A stretch of DNA of 64,000 nucleotides, from positions 10,305-74,304 of the forward strand of contig JAAELT010000565.1 of assembly GCA_024226315.1 (NCBI GenBank), given 5' to 3'. The position numbers were made by a program, and so were the translations under genes. Below the pieces are notes generated by a model. That model was not told where the DNA came from and made no database searches. It saw only the letters and a list, made by a program, of their open reading frames with translations. Numbering within the stretch: position 1 is the first letter of the stretch; each line of letters opens with the position of its first letter. Positions 24,517 to 38,439 of the stretch are shown in pieces. This stretch comes from a bacterium. Its GTDB lineage: Bacteria; Acidobacteriota; Thermoanaerobaculia; Multivoradales; J023.

Positions 24517-25890
24517 CTACCCACGCTGATACGCCCCGTGCTGACGCCGGCGCGAGCTGGTGAACTCTTCCGCCGTATCCTCCGCCACCACCTCGTAGAG
24601 CACCGCGCGCTTGCCTTCCCGGCGCCTCAGGATCCTCCCCAACCGCTGCACGTGCTCGCGGACGCTGCCCGAGCCTGACAGGACGATGCCGACGTTGGCG
24701 GCGGGGACGTCGACGCCTTCGTTGAGGACCCGTGAGGTGACGACGAAGGGGTAGTCGCCGGAGTTGAATTTCTGCAGGGTCTCGTGGCGCTCTTTGATCT
24801 TGGTCTGGTGGGTGATGGCGGGGATGAGGAAGCGCCTCGAGATGCGGTAGACGGTGTCGTTGTCGCTGGTGAAGATCAGGGCGCGGTCGCCGCGGTGGCG
24901 CTCGATGAGGGTTTCGAGCATGCGGAGCTTGGCGCCGGAGGCCTGGGAGATGTTCTTCTGGGTGCGGTAGGCGAGGAAGGCGCGGCGGCCTTCCTCGCTG
25001 CGGGAGGTGAGCATGAGGAAGCGCTGCCAGCCGCCGCGGCCGCCGAAGGAGATGCGATGCTGGGAGACGAAGTCGCGGTAGATCGCCCGTTCCTGGACAT
25101 AGAGCTCGCGCTCCTCGTCCGAGAGGCGGACGCGCACTCTCCGGGTCTCGTACTCGGCCAGGAACTCGCCGGCGAGCTCGCCGATCTCGCGGCGGTAGAC
25201 GATCGGCCCCACCAGCCGTTCGAGGCGGACCTCGCCGCCGTCCTCGCGCTCGGGGGTGGCGGTGAGGCCGAGGCGGAAGGGGGCCAGGGAGAGCTCGGCG
25301 GCGACGGCGTAGGACGGCCCGGGCAGGTGGTGGACCTCGTCGAACACCAGGAGGGCGAACTGGTTGCCGAGGCGTTCCATGTGGATGTAGGCGGAGTCGT
25401 AGGTGGTGACGGTGACCGGCTTCGGCTCGTAGTAGCCGCCGCCGATCAGGCCGACCTCGACGTCGAAGGCGGTCGACAGCTCGCCGTACCACTGCTGCAT
25501 GAGGTCCAGCGTCGGCACCACCACCAGGCAGGAGCGGGCGACGCGGGAGATGATCAGCATCGCGACGAAGGTCTTGCCGGTGCCGGTGGGCAGCACGACG
25601 ACGCCGCCCCGGCCGTTCGTCCACCATTCGTCCACCGCCTCGGCCTGGTAGGGGAAGGGCTCGCGCTCGAGTCGTAGGCGCAGGTCCAGGGTTTCGAAGC
25701 CGCCGGCCCGGTTGTCGAGCTCGACGCCGGCGCGGTGCAGCGCCCTCATCAGGTCGCGGTAGCGGTGGGCGGGGGCGCGCCACAGCTTGACGCGGTCGTC
25801 GAAGGTGCAGCCCGGCAGGGTCAGACCGGCTGGTGGATCCTCCTCGCCGGGATCGATCAGCAGGGTTCCGCGATCGAATTCGAGGCGCAT
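24517..25890 (-). CDS. XPB/Ssl2-like SF2 DNA helicase
   Basis: Walker A is LPTGTGKT and the DEAH-type box is FDEVHH. The XPB-signature RED motif is in TATPEREDGGE. Motif VI is QRLGRILR. Confidence 0.85.
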   Translation of the reverse strand: MRLEFDRGTLLIDPGEEDPPAGLTLPGCTFDDRVKLWRAPAHRYRDLMRALHRAGVELDNRAGGFETLDLRLRLEREPFPYQAEAVDEWWTNGRGGVVVLPTGTGKTFVAMLIISRVARSCLVVVPTLDLMQQWYGELSTAFDVEVGLIGGGYYEPKPVTVTTYDSAYIHMERLGNQFALLVFDEVHHLPGPSYAVAAELSLAPFRLGLTATPEREDGGEVRLERLVGPIVYRREIGELAGEFLAEYETRRVRVRLSDEERELYVQERAIYRDFVSQHRISFGGRGGWQRFLMLTSRSEEGRRAFLAYRTQKNISQASGAKLRMLETLIERHRGDRALIFTSDNDTVYRISRRFLIPAITHQTKIKERHETLQKFNSGDYPFVVTSRVLNEGVDVPAANVGIVLSGSGSVREHVQRLGRILRRREGKRAVLYEVVAEDTAEEFTSSRRRQHGAYQRG

Positions 25891-25942
25891 GTCGTCGCGG
25901 CTGAGAGGCCGTCCGAGTATTCGAGGTTGGCCCGGGGCCGCC

Positions 25943-26575
25943 CTACGCCGCGATCTGCAGCAGCTCCTCGACCCGCGCCGCGACCATCTCCAGCGCCACC
26001 CGGTTCTCGCCGCCTTCGGGCACGATGACGTCGGCCCAGCGCTTGGACGGCTCGACGAACTCCAGGTGCATGGGGCGCACGGTCTCCATGTATTGCCGCA
26101 GGATGTCGTCCAGAGCGCGGCCGCGCTCGTTGATGTCGCGCAGGATGCGGCGCTTGAGGCGGACGTCGGCGTCGGTGTCGACGAAGATCTTGAAGTCGAG
26201 CAGCTCGCGAATCTCCGGCTCGGCCAGCAGCAGGATGCCTTCGGCCAGCACCACCTTCCGCGGCTCGATACGCTCTGTCCGCGAGCTGCGGCGGTGGTTG
26301 ACGAAGTCGTAGACCGGAGCGTCGACCGCCTTGCCCTGCTTCAGGGCATGCAGGTGCGCGACCAGCAGCTCGGTGTCGATCGACGATGGATGGTCGAAGT
26401 TGTGCCGGGCGAAGTGCTCGGGGCCTTTCCACTCGATGTGGCGGTAGTAGCTGTCCTGGGCGATGAAGGCCAGCCGCTGTTTACCGATCGCGTGGAGAAT
26501 GGCGCGTGCGACGGTGGTCTTGCCGGAGCCGGTGCCGCCGGCGACGCCGAGAATCACGGGTGCTGTCTTAGGCAT
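25943..26575 (-). CDS. udk: uridine kinase
   Basis: P-loop GVAGGTGSGKTT, then QDSYY, DHPSSID and FVDTDADVRLKRRILRD. Confidence 0.9.
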   Translation of the reverse strand: MPKTAPVILGVAGGTGSGKTTVARAILHAIGKQRLAFIAQDSYYRHIEWKGPEHFARHNFDHPSSIDTELLVAHLHALKQGKAVDAPVYDFVNHRRSSRTERIEPRKVVLAEGILLLAEPEIRELLDFKIFVDTDADVRLKRRILRDINERGRALDDILRQYMETVRPMHLEFVEPSKRWADVIVPEGGENRVALEMVAARVEELLQIAA

Positions 26576-26736
26576 AGAGGGCCTATACTACCGCCCCAAG
26601 AACCCGAGGCCGGGAGACCGTCCGAGGATTCGAGGACGGTCTCCCGGGCTGGTGCGGATGGGCCAGGAAGTCGAACGCCGAAGGCTTCGACTTTCTGGGG
26701 CGCTACGACTCGCGTCCTTGGCCCAGCCCCTCCTCT

Positions 26737-26771
26737 CCCGGAGATGTCCGATCTGATCGGACATCTCCGGG
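26737..26771 (-). terminator. 35-nt near-perfect palindrome abutting the mutM stop codon
   Basis: CCCGGAGATGTCCGATCTGATCGGACATCTCCGGG sits immediately 3-prime of the mutM stop. There is no U-tract, so termination is inferred from position only. Confidence 0.45.
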
Positions 26772-27602
26772 TCAGCGCTGACAGCCGGGGCAGTAGTAGG
26801 TGCTGCGGCCTCCCTGCACCAGGCGGCGCAGCGACCTGCCGCAGCGGGCGCAGGGCTCGCCCTCGCGGCCGTAGGCGGCGAGCGAGACCTGGAAGTAGCC
26901 GGCGTTACCTTCGCCGTCGGTGAAGTCGTTGAGCGTCGTGCCGCCTTGCTCGATCGCCTGACCGAGCACGCCGCGGACGGCGTCTCGCAGACGTTGCCAG
27001 GTCGCCATGCTGACGCGCGCCACCGATCGCCGCGGGTGGACGCGCGCCTGCCACATTGCCTCCGAGGCGTAGATGTTGCCGACGCCGACCACGATCTTCG
27101 CGTCCATCAGGAAGCTCTTGATCGGACCCCGGCGACCTCTGGCGGCTTGCTTGAAGTAGCGGGAAGTCAGCTCGTCGCCAAGGGGCTCGATCCCTAGGTG
27201 GGCGAAGTGGCGGTCGGTCGCCAGGCGGCCGGTGGGCAGGGCGAAGGCCAGGCCGAAGCGCCGCGGATCCACCAGGCGCAGCCGTCCCTTACCGCCGCGG
27301 CCGGCGAGGTGGAAGGCGACGTGCTCGTGGCGCTCGACCGGCGCCGCGTGCGGCACCACGGTCAGGCGCCCGCTCATGCCGAGATGGATGATCAGGGTCG
27401 AGTCGCCCTCGACGTCGATCAACAGGTACTTCGCACGCCGTCTGAGCCTGGTGACCCGCCGGCCGGCCAGCCGCCCGAGCGCTCGCCTGTCGAGTGGCTC
27501 GCGCAGCGCCGGGGAGAGCACCTGAACGCGCTCGATCCGCCGCCCTAGGAGCCTGGGCTCCAGACTGCGGCGCAGCACCTCGACCTCGGGAAGCTCGGGC
27601 AT
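26772..27602 (-). CDS. mutM: formamidopyrimidine-DNA glycosylase
   Basis: N-terminal MPELPEVE and the C-terminal zinc finger CARCGRSLRRLVQGGRSTYYCPGCQ. Confidence 0.9.
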   Translation of the reverse strand: MPELPEVEVLRRSLEPRLLGRRIERVQVLSPALREPLDRRALGRLAGRRVTRLRRRAKYLLIDVEGDSTLIIHLGMSGRLTVVPHAAPVERHEHVAFHLAGRGGKGRLRLVDPRRFGLAFALPTGRLATDRHFAHLGIEPLGDELTSRYFKQAARGRRGPIKSFLMDAKIVVGVGNIYASEAMWQARVHPRRSVARVSMATWQRLRDAVRGVLGQAIEQGGTTLNDFTDGEGNAGYFQVSLAAYGREGEPCARCGRSLRRLVQGGRSTYYCPGCQR

Positions 27603-27685
27603 GGGCGTTACTATAACTTCCCTGCTAGAATGACTCTTCCGCCGAGACCAGCCGTTCGGTTCCCGGGACGGACGGAGGAGAATCC

Positions 27686-28141
27686 GTGACGACGCTGACC
27701 CGCATCCAGATGGTGGTCTACCTGCAGGCGGTGGACCTCTTCACCTACTGCAACGCCGAGCAGATGGTGCGCATCGCCGGCATCGCGCGGCAGGTGTCGT
27801 TCATCGACGGCGAGCAGATCTACTCGGTCAACGATCCGGCGGACGCCTTGTACTGCGTGGTCGAGGGCGGCGTGAGGCTGTGCGATCCGGCAGGCGCGGA
27901 GCGCTGGATCGTGCCCCGCGAAACTTTCGGCGCCAGCGAGATCCTGAGCGATCGTCTGCGCGGGGAAGACTGCCGGGCCGAGTCCGCCACCAGGGCGCTG
28001 GTGATCGACGCCGAGGACTTTTTCGACCTGCTGTCGAACAACGTCGAGATCGTCAAGGCGTTATTCCGCCAGCTCCTGCGCCACCCCGAGACTTTCGAGA
28101 ACCTCCATGAGCCCGCGACCCCAAGGCTGGCGGCGAGCTGA
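27686..28141 (+). CDS. cyclic-nucleotide-binding domain protein (no DNA-binding domain)
   Basis: 151 aa. cNMP beta-roll motifs are GEQIYSVNDPADALYCVVEGGV and FGASEIL. Confidence 0.7.
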   Translation: MTTLTRIQMVVYLQAVDLFTYCNAEQMVRIAGIARQVSFIDGEQIYSVNDPADALYCVVEGGVRLCDPAGAERWIVPRETFGASEILSDRLRGEDCRAESATRALVIDAEDFFDLLSNNVEIVKALFRQLLRHPETFENLHEPATPRLAAS

Positions 28142-29366
28142 AGCGCGGCACTGTGCGGCGCGGCACTGTGCGGCGCTCGCTCTGATCGCCGCCCTGGCCC
28201 TGGGCGGCGTGGCGCTGGCCGAAGGCACGCCCGAGGGCAACGGCACCGGCGACCACTCGCGGCGGGTCGTCGCCGTCGGTGACATCCACGGCGCTTTCAA
28301 CGGCGTGCGCGAGATCCTACGCAAGTCACTGCTGATCGATCAGCGCGACAACTGGGTGGGCGGCGACGCCATCCTGGTCCAGACCGGCGACTTCCTCGAC
28401 CGCGGCCCCGGCGCCACCAAGGTCGCAGAGCTGTTGATGAATCTCCAGGACCAGGCGCCCGAGCAGGGCGGCGAGGTGATCGTGTTGCTCGGCAATCACG
28501 AGATCCTCAATCTGCTGGGCGATCTGCGCGACGTCACCAAGTACATCGTCCGCAACCTGGTCGACGGGCACTCCGAGAAGCGCCTCACGGTCAGCTGCAA
28601 CGAATACGCGTCGTTCTACCGCAAGCTGGCCCAGCTGCGTCACGAAAAGGCCGAGAAACGGCGCGAGCTGGTGAATCGTTGCTTCGCGGAGCGGCCGCTG
28701 GGCCTGATGGAATACATCGAGGAGGTCGGACCAACCGGCCGCATCGGCCGCTGGATCCGTCAGCTCCCGGCCGCGGCGCGCGTCGGCGACGTGGTGTTCG
28801 TGCACGGCGGCATCAGCCCCGAGCTGGCGGACGTCGATCTCGAAAAGATGAATCGCGAGGCGCGGCGTGAGATCCGCAGCTTCGACGCCACCCGGCAGTA
28901 CCTGCTCGACAACGGCCTGATCCTGCCCACCACCAGCCTTCCGGAGGTCCTGTCGGTCGCCCGCCAGCTGGCAAAAGCCACCTCCAACGCCCGGACGCTG
29001 CCTCCGCTCTCAGCCGAGTTTCTGCATGTTCTGCAGTTCGAGAAGTGGTACCTGGTGCGCGAGGACGGTCCGTTCTGGTTCCGGGGCTACGCACGGTGGA
29101 GCAACGAGGAGGGCGCGGAGCTGCTGCCGCCGATCCTCGACTCACTGGGTGCCGACTACGTGGTGGTCGGGCACACGCCACAACCGCCCTTCATCATCCG
29201 GAACCGTTTCGAATCGCGGGTCTACCTGATCGATACCGGCATGCTGACCAGCTTCTACAAGGGTTCGCCCAGCGCGCTCGAGATCCAGGACGGCCGCTTC
29301 ACCGCCCTCTACCTGACCAAGCAGAACCTGCTCTACGAGCCGCGCGCGGTTGCGCTGACCAACTGA
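28107..29366 (+). CDS. secreted calcineurin-like metallophosphoesterase
   Basis: GDIHG, GDFLDRGP and LLGNHE motifs. The signal peptide contains an in-frame 15-bp tandem duplication (ARHCA ARHCA). The start overlaps the upstream gene and is uncertain. Confidence 0.8.
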   Translation: MSPRPQGWRRAEARHCAARHCAALALIAALALGGVALAEGTPEGNGTGDHSRRVVAVGDIHGAFNGVREILRKSLLIDQRDNWVGGDAILVQTGDFLDRGPGATKVAELLMNLQDQAPEQGGEVIVLLGNHEILNLLGDLRDVTKYIVRNLVDGHSEKRLTVSCNEYASFYRKLAQLRHEKAEKRRELVNRCFAERPLGLMEYIEEVGPTGRIGRWIRQLPAAARVGDVVFVHGGISPELADVDLEKMNREARREIRSFDATRQYLLDNGLILPTTSLPEVLSVARQLAKATSNARTLPPLSAEFLHVLQFEKWYLVREDGPFWFRGYARWSNEEGAELLPPILDSLGADYVVVGHTPQPPFIIRNRFESRVYLIDTGMLTSFYKGSPSALEIQDGRFTALYLTKQNLLYEPRAVALTN

Positions 29367-29367
29367 C

Positions 29368-29808
29368 TCACGGGTCGAAGCGCTGCCGCAGCTCGGGTGG
29401 CAGGAAGGGGCAGGTTCCGTCGGGGCGCTGGGCGAGTCGGTGGCGGCGCTCGGCGAAGCGGTCGTAGAACCAGTCGCGGACCGAGCGCGGCACCAGCACC
29501 ATGAGGCAGCCCATGGAGCGCCAGAAGAGGCCCAACCGGGATAGGATGTGCCGTACGGCGTCCGAGCGCAGTAGCAGCTCGCCCTCCTCGGTGTGGACGA
29601 TCATCGAGTCGGGAAGATCGCGACGCTCGTCGGCCAGCACGACGCGGCTGAAGGCCTCACCGTCGAGCGGCGCGAAGCGGAAGGCCTCGCCCCTGGGATC
29701 GTGCCGCGCGACGAAGCCCACCGACCAGTGGCAGACACCGCAGTCGCCGTCGTAGAAGATGTGCTCGGTGGGTGACGCCGACACGGTCATAGCAGCTATA
29801 TTAACCAT
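29368..29808 (-). CDS. thiol-disulfide oxidoreductase DCC family (DUF393)
   Basis: FYDGDCGVCHWSV motif. Start set to the ATG at 29808 to avoid a head-on overlap with tmk. The ATG at 29790 is also possible. Confidence 0.75.
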   Translation of the reverse strand: MVNIAAMTVSASPTEHIFYDGDCGVCHWSVGFVARHDPRGEAFRFAPLDGEAFSRVVLADERRDLPDSMIVHTEEGELLLRSDAVRHILSRLGLFWRSMGCLMVLVPRSVRDWFYDRFAERRHRLAQRPDGTCPFLPPELRQRFDP

Positions 29809-29843
29809 CCGGTGGCGGACGCTATTCCGCCGCGAGACAGACC

Positions 29844-30494
29844 ATGGCGGCTTCATTCATCACCTTCGAGGGCCTCGACGGCAGCGGCAAGAGCACGCAT
29901 CTGAAGCGTGCCGCCGAGTGGATGCGCGCGGGCGGCCTGGAAGTGCGCTGCACCCACGAGCCCGGGGGCACCCCGCTGGGCGACGCCATCCGCGGTCTGT
30001 TCCTGGATCCGCGCTGGGAGAGCGTCGAGCCCCGCGTCGAGGCGCTGCTGGTCTTCGCCAGCCGCCGGCAGCACCTCCACGAGTTGGTCGAGCCGGCACT
30101 GCGGGCCGGGGTGAACGTGCTCTGCGACCGCTTCACCGACTCGTCGCTCGCCTACCAGGGCATCGGCCGCGGCCTGGCCAGGCCGTGGCTAGAAGAGCTC
30201 GACCGGCTCGCTACCGACGGCCGGCGCCCCGACCGCACCCTGCTCTTCGACCTGCCGGCCGAAACCGCGCGAGGGCGCGGGCAGAGCCCCAAGAGACGGC
30301 AACGCGAGGGTGGCCTCGACCGCTTCGACGCGCTGGATCTGGCCTTCTATCGGCGGGTGAGAGACGGATTCCTGGACTTGGCGCGTGATGATCCGGAGCG
30401 CTTCCTGATCATTGATTCGAGCGGCGACGTCGAGTCCACCTGGGCCCAGGTCGAGGTCGCGATGGGCCAGATCGTGAAGGTCCGGGCGTCGTGA
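29844..30494 (+). CDS. tmk: thymidylate kinase
   Basis: FITFEGLDGSGKST P-loop and the DRF...SSLAYQG motif. Confidence 0.9.
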   Translation: MAASFITFEGLDGSGKSTHLKRAAEWMRAGGLEVRCTHEPGGTPLGDAIRGLFLDPRWESVEPRVEALLVFASRRQHLHELVEPALRAGVNVLCDRFTDSSLAYQGIGRGLARPWLEELDRLATDGRRPDRTLLFDLPAETARGRGQSPKRRQREGGLDRFDALDLAFYRRVRDGFLDLARDDPERFLIIDSSGDVESTWAQVEVAMGQIVKVRAS

Positions 30495-31321
30495 GACTCG
30501 AGGCGGTCCTCGAAACAGCGCGTGATGACCGGCTCTATCCGTCGGTGATCCTCTACGGCTCGAACCTCGACCGGCGTCGGTCGGCGGCGGTCGAGCTTGC
30601 CCGCGTCCTGTTGTGCGAGCGTTCGCCGGAGCTCAGGCCGTGCGGCGAGTGCCGCCACTGCTCCCGCGTCGGCTCACCCGCGGAGAGCTTCCATCCCGAT
30701 TTCCACGTGCTCGAGCGCGATCTGCGGACCTCCACCTCGGCCGGCGCCACCAAGAGCTTTCTGAAGAACGCCTACGCGGCCCCCTTCGAGGCCCGCGGCC
30801 AGGTCTTCGTGCTGGCCGAGGCGGAGACCCTGACCGGTGGCGCAGCGGACGCCCTGCTGAAGCTGCTCGAAGAACCGCCGGAGAGCAGCCCGCGGCATTT
30901 CATGCTGCTCGCGGGCTCGCGCCTGGATCTGCTGACCACCCTGCGCAGCCGGTCGCTCGCCGTCTACCTGGGCCCCGCCGACGCCTTCGACGAGAGCGAC
31001 GTCGCGGCCCTGTCCGAGGCCTTCGGCCGCTCGATTGACGGTTTCCTGGCCAATCCTTCGGCCATCCACCTGCTGACCGCGGCCGAGGCTCTCGGGCGAG
31101 GCAGTGGCTGGGAGGACCCCCGCGCCCGCAAGCCCTGGGCCACGGCATCGGCGGCGATCGTCCACTACCTCGAGGGTGTCACGCTGGACGCGCCGATCCG
31201 CCGGGCGCTCCTGGCGCTGGCCGAGGAGCTGCTCGACGCTCCGCTCATGCGCGTGCGCGGTATCACCCACGGGCGGATCCTCGAAGGCCTCGTGTCCCGG
31301 CACCTGGCCTCCCCAACTTGA
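30491..31321 (+). CDS. holB: DNA polymerase III delta-prime subunit-like AAA+ protein
   Basis: Zinc module CGECRHCSRV and the sensor region FVLAEAETLTGGAADALLKLLEEPP. Overlaps the tmk stop. Confidence 0.7.
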   Translation: MRLEAVLETARDDRLYPSVILYGSNLDRRRSAAVELARVLLCERSPELRPCGECRHCSRVGSPAESFHPDFHVLERDLRTSTSAGATKSFLKNAYAAPFEARGQVFVLAEAETLTGGAADALLKLLEEPPESSPRHFMLLAGSRLDLLTTLRSRSLAVYLGPADAFDESDVAALSEAFGRSIDGFLANPSAIHLLTAAEALGRGSGWEDPRARKPWATASAAIVHYLEGVTLDAPIRRALLALAEELLDAPLMRVRGITHGRILEGLVSRHLASPT

Positions 31322-31404
31322 GCTTTCCCCGCGAGGGCGGGTAAGATGCGCCCGATCCGGCGCGCACCGGATCGTTCTCACCTCATCGCTCTGGAGACAA
31401 CCCG

Positions 31405-32463
31405 ATGCAAGATCGACCGCAGGGTAAGGGTATTCTGGTCAAGAGGTTGCTTCTGCTCGCCGCCAGCCTGGCGGTCGGAGCCGTCGTCTGGTTCATGTTG
31501 GGCGAATCCGAATCCGTGACCGCCGCCGAAACGCCGGCCGCGACTGCCGACGGCACGGTCCTGGCGCGCGTCGACGGCGTCGCGATCACCGAGGAAGCGG
31601 TGAAGGATTCGATCGCCGGCCAGCTGCTCAAGATGGAGCGCGACCGGCACGACCTGATCGAGCAGGCGGTCCAGACCCAGGTGCGCGACACCCTGCTCGA
31701 GGCCGTTGCCGAGAAACAGGGAATGACCCGGGAAGAGCTGGTCGAGGCGGAGGTCAACGCCAAGCTCGCGGACGTGCCCGCCGACAAGGTCGACGCCTTC
31801 TACGAAGAGCGCAAGCGACAGATCCGGGCGCCCAAGGAGCAGGTCGAGCAGCAGATCCGCAAGTTCATCCGCTACGAGGAGTTCATGACCGGTCTCGAGG
31901 ACGCCGCCGAGATCGAGATCCTGACCGAGCCGTTCCGCGTCGACGTCGCCGCGGAAGGCCCGCGCAAGGGCCCCGAGGACGCGCCGATCACCATCGTCGA
32001 GTTCTCGGACTTCGAATGCCCGTTCTGCGGCCGGGTGAATCCCTCGATCCAGAAGGTCCGGGAGACCTACGGCGACAAGGTACAAATCGTCTTTCGCCAG
32101 TTCCCGCTCGGCATGCACCGCAACGCGCGCAAGGCCGGTGAAGCCTCGCTGTGTGCCAACGATCAAGGCAAGTTCTGGGAGATGCACGATGGCATGTTCG
32201 CCGATCAGAAGAACCTCGCCGTCGACGGCCTGAAGTCGATCGCCGCCTCGGTCGCGGATCTCGACGCCGAGGCGTTCAACGAGTGCCTCGACTCGGACAA
32301 GTACGCCGACTCGGTGGAAAGCGACTTCCAGGCCGGCACGCGTGCGGGGGTCGGCAGCACGCCGGCGTTCTTCATCAACGGCCGCTACCTCTCGGGCGCC
32401 CAGCCCTACGAGACCTTCGCCGAGATCATCGACGACGAGCTGGCCCGAGGCGGCTCCAGCTAG
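31405..32463 (+). CDS. DsbA-family thiol:disulfide oxidoreductase with an N-terminal chaperone-like extension
   Basis: Membrane anchor present. Thioredoxin motif is FSDFECPFCGRV. Confidence 0.8.
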   Translation: MQDRPQGKGILVKRLLLLAASLAVGAVVWFMLGESESVTAAETPAATADGTVLARVDGVAITEEAVKDSIAGQLLKMERDRHDLIEQAVQTQVRDTLLEAVAEKQGMTREELVEAEVNAKLADVPADKVDAFYEERKRQIRAPKEQVEQQIRKFIRYEEFMTGLEDAAEIEILTEPFRVDVAAEGPRKGPEDAPITIVEFSDFECPFCGRVNPSIQKVRETYGDKVQIVFRQFPLGMHRNARKAGEASLCANDQGKFWEMHDGMFADQKNLAVDGLKSIAASVADLDAEAFNECLDSDKYADSVESDFQAGTRAGVGSTPAFFINGRYLSGAQPYETFAEIIDDELARGGSS

Positions 32464-32472
32464 GCCGCTGGA

Positions 32473-33149
32473 GTGACCCACTACCCGTTCGTCCCCTTCG
32501 ACAGCCAGCGCTACGAGCCCGAGGAGATGTGGCGGCGCGCCGACGCTTTCCACGAGCTCATGGACCGGCGGCGGAGCATTCGCCATTTCTCGGGCGAGCC
32601 GGTGCCCCGCGAGCTGATCGAGACCGCCATCCGCACGGCCTCGACCGCGCCCTCCGGCGCCCACCGCCAGCCGTGGCGTTTCGTGGTGATCGGGGATCCC
32701 GCGATCAAGCACGAGATCCGCGTCGCTGCCGAGGCCGAGGAGCGCAAGACCTACGAGCAGCGGATGCCCGACGAGTGGCTCCAGGCGCTGGCGCCCCTGG
32801 GCGTGGACTGGCACAAGCCCTTCCTCGAGATCGTGCCGTGGATCGTGGTCGTCTTCGAGGAGCTGTACGGTTTCTACCCTGATGGTCGCAAGCGCAAGAA
32901 CTACTACGTGCGCGAGTCGGTGGGCATCGCCTGCGGCATGTTCATCACCGCGCTTCACCAGATGGGGCTAGCCACCCTGACCCACACCCCGAGCCCGATG
33001 GGCTTCCTGCGCGAGATCCTCGGCCGGCCGAAAAACGAGAAGCCCTACATCTTGTTTCCCGTCGGGTATCCGGCGCCGGAAGCCGAGGTGCCCGACCTCG
33101 AGCGCAAGACGCTCGACGAAGTGGCAATCTGGGATCCGCGACCGGAGCG

Positions 33150-33153
<4 letters not shown>
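32473..33153 (+). CDS. nitroreductase family protein (iodotyrosine-deiodinase-like subgroup)
   Basis: RRSIRHFSGEPVP and SGAHRQPWRFVVI motifs. 226 aa. Confidence 0.75.
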
Positions 33154-38237
<5,084 letters not shown>

Positions 38238-38398
38238 GCGAGGCCCCTTGTCAGGTCGTCGAACGGATGCGGCGCTGTCTGCCCAGCAAAGCCCTGCTGC
38301 CCAAGACCGTTGCGCCCTCTTCGAGCGCCGGATCCGGCTGCTTCTTCAGTCCGGGAACCGGCGGCGTTTCCACGCCTCGTCAGACTAATCGGCCAGCA

Positions 38399-38415
38399 TT
38401 ACGATCCGGCTTACG
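38399..38415 (-). promoter_or_regulatory. TTACG-N7-TTACG direct repeat upstream of the hybrid kinase gene (variant of the TTAAG boxes)
   Basis: TTACGATCCGGCTTACG with 12-bp phasing, about 165 nt upstream of the kinase ATG. Confidence 0.25.
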
Positions 38416-38439
38416 ACAGGCCAATCGGCTTCACCAGTT

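Noticed and set aside
24290-25783. 497-aa minus ORF overlapping the helicase gene.
   Set aside because: It is an out-of-frame reading of the XPB-like gene (Arg/Pro-rich). Only its last 26 codons (24370..24290) look like a real signal peptide, and they belong to the decayed cassette B.
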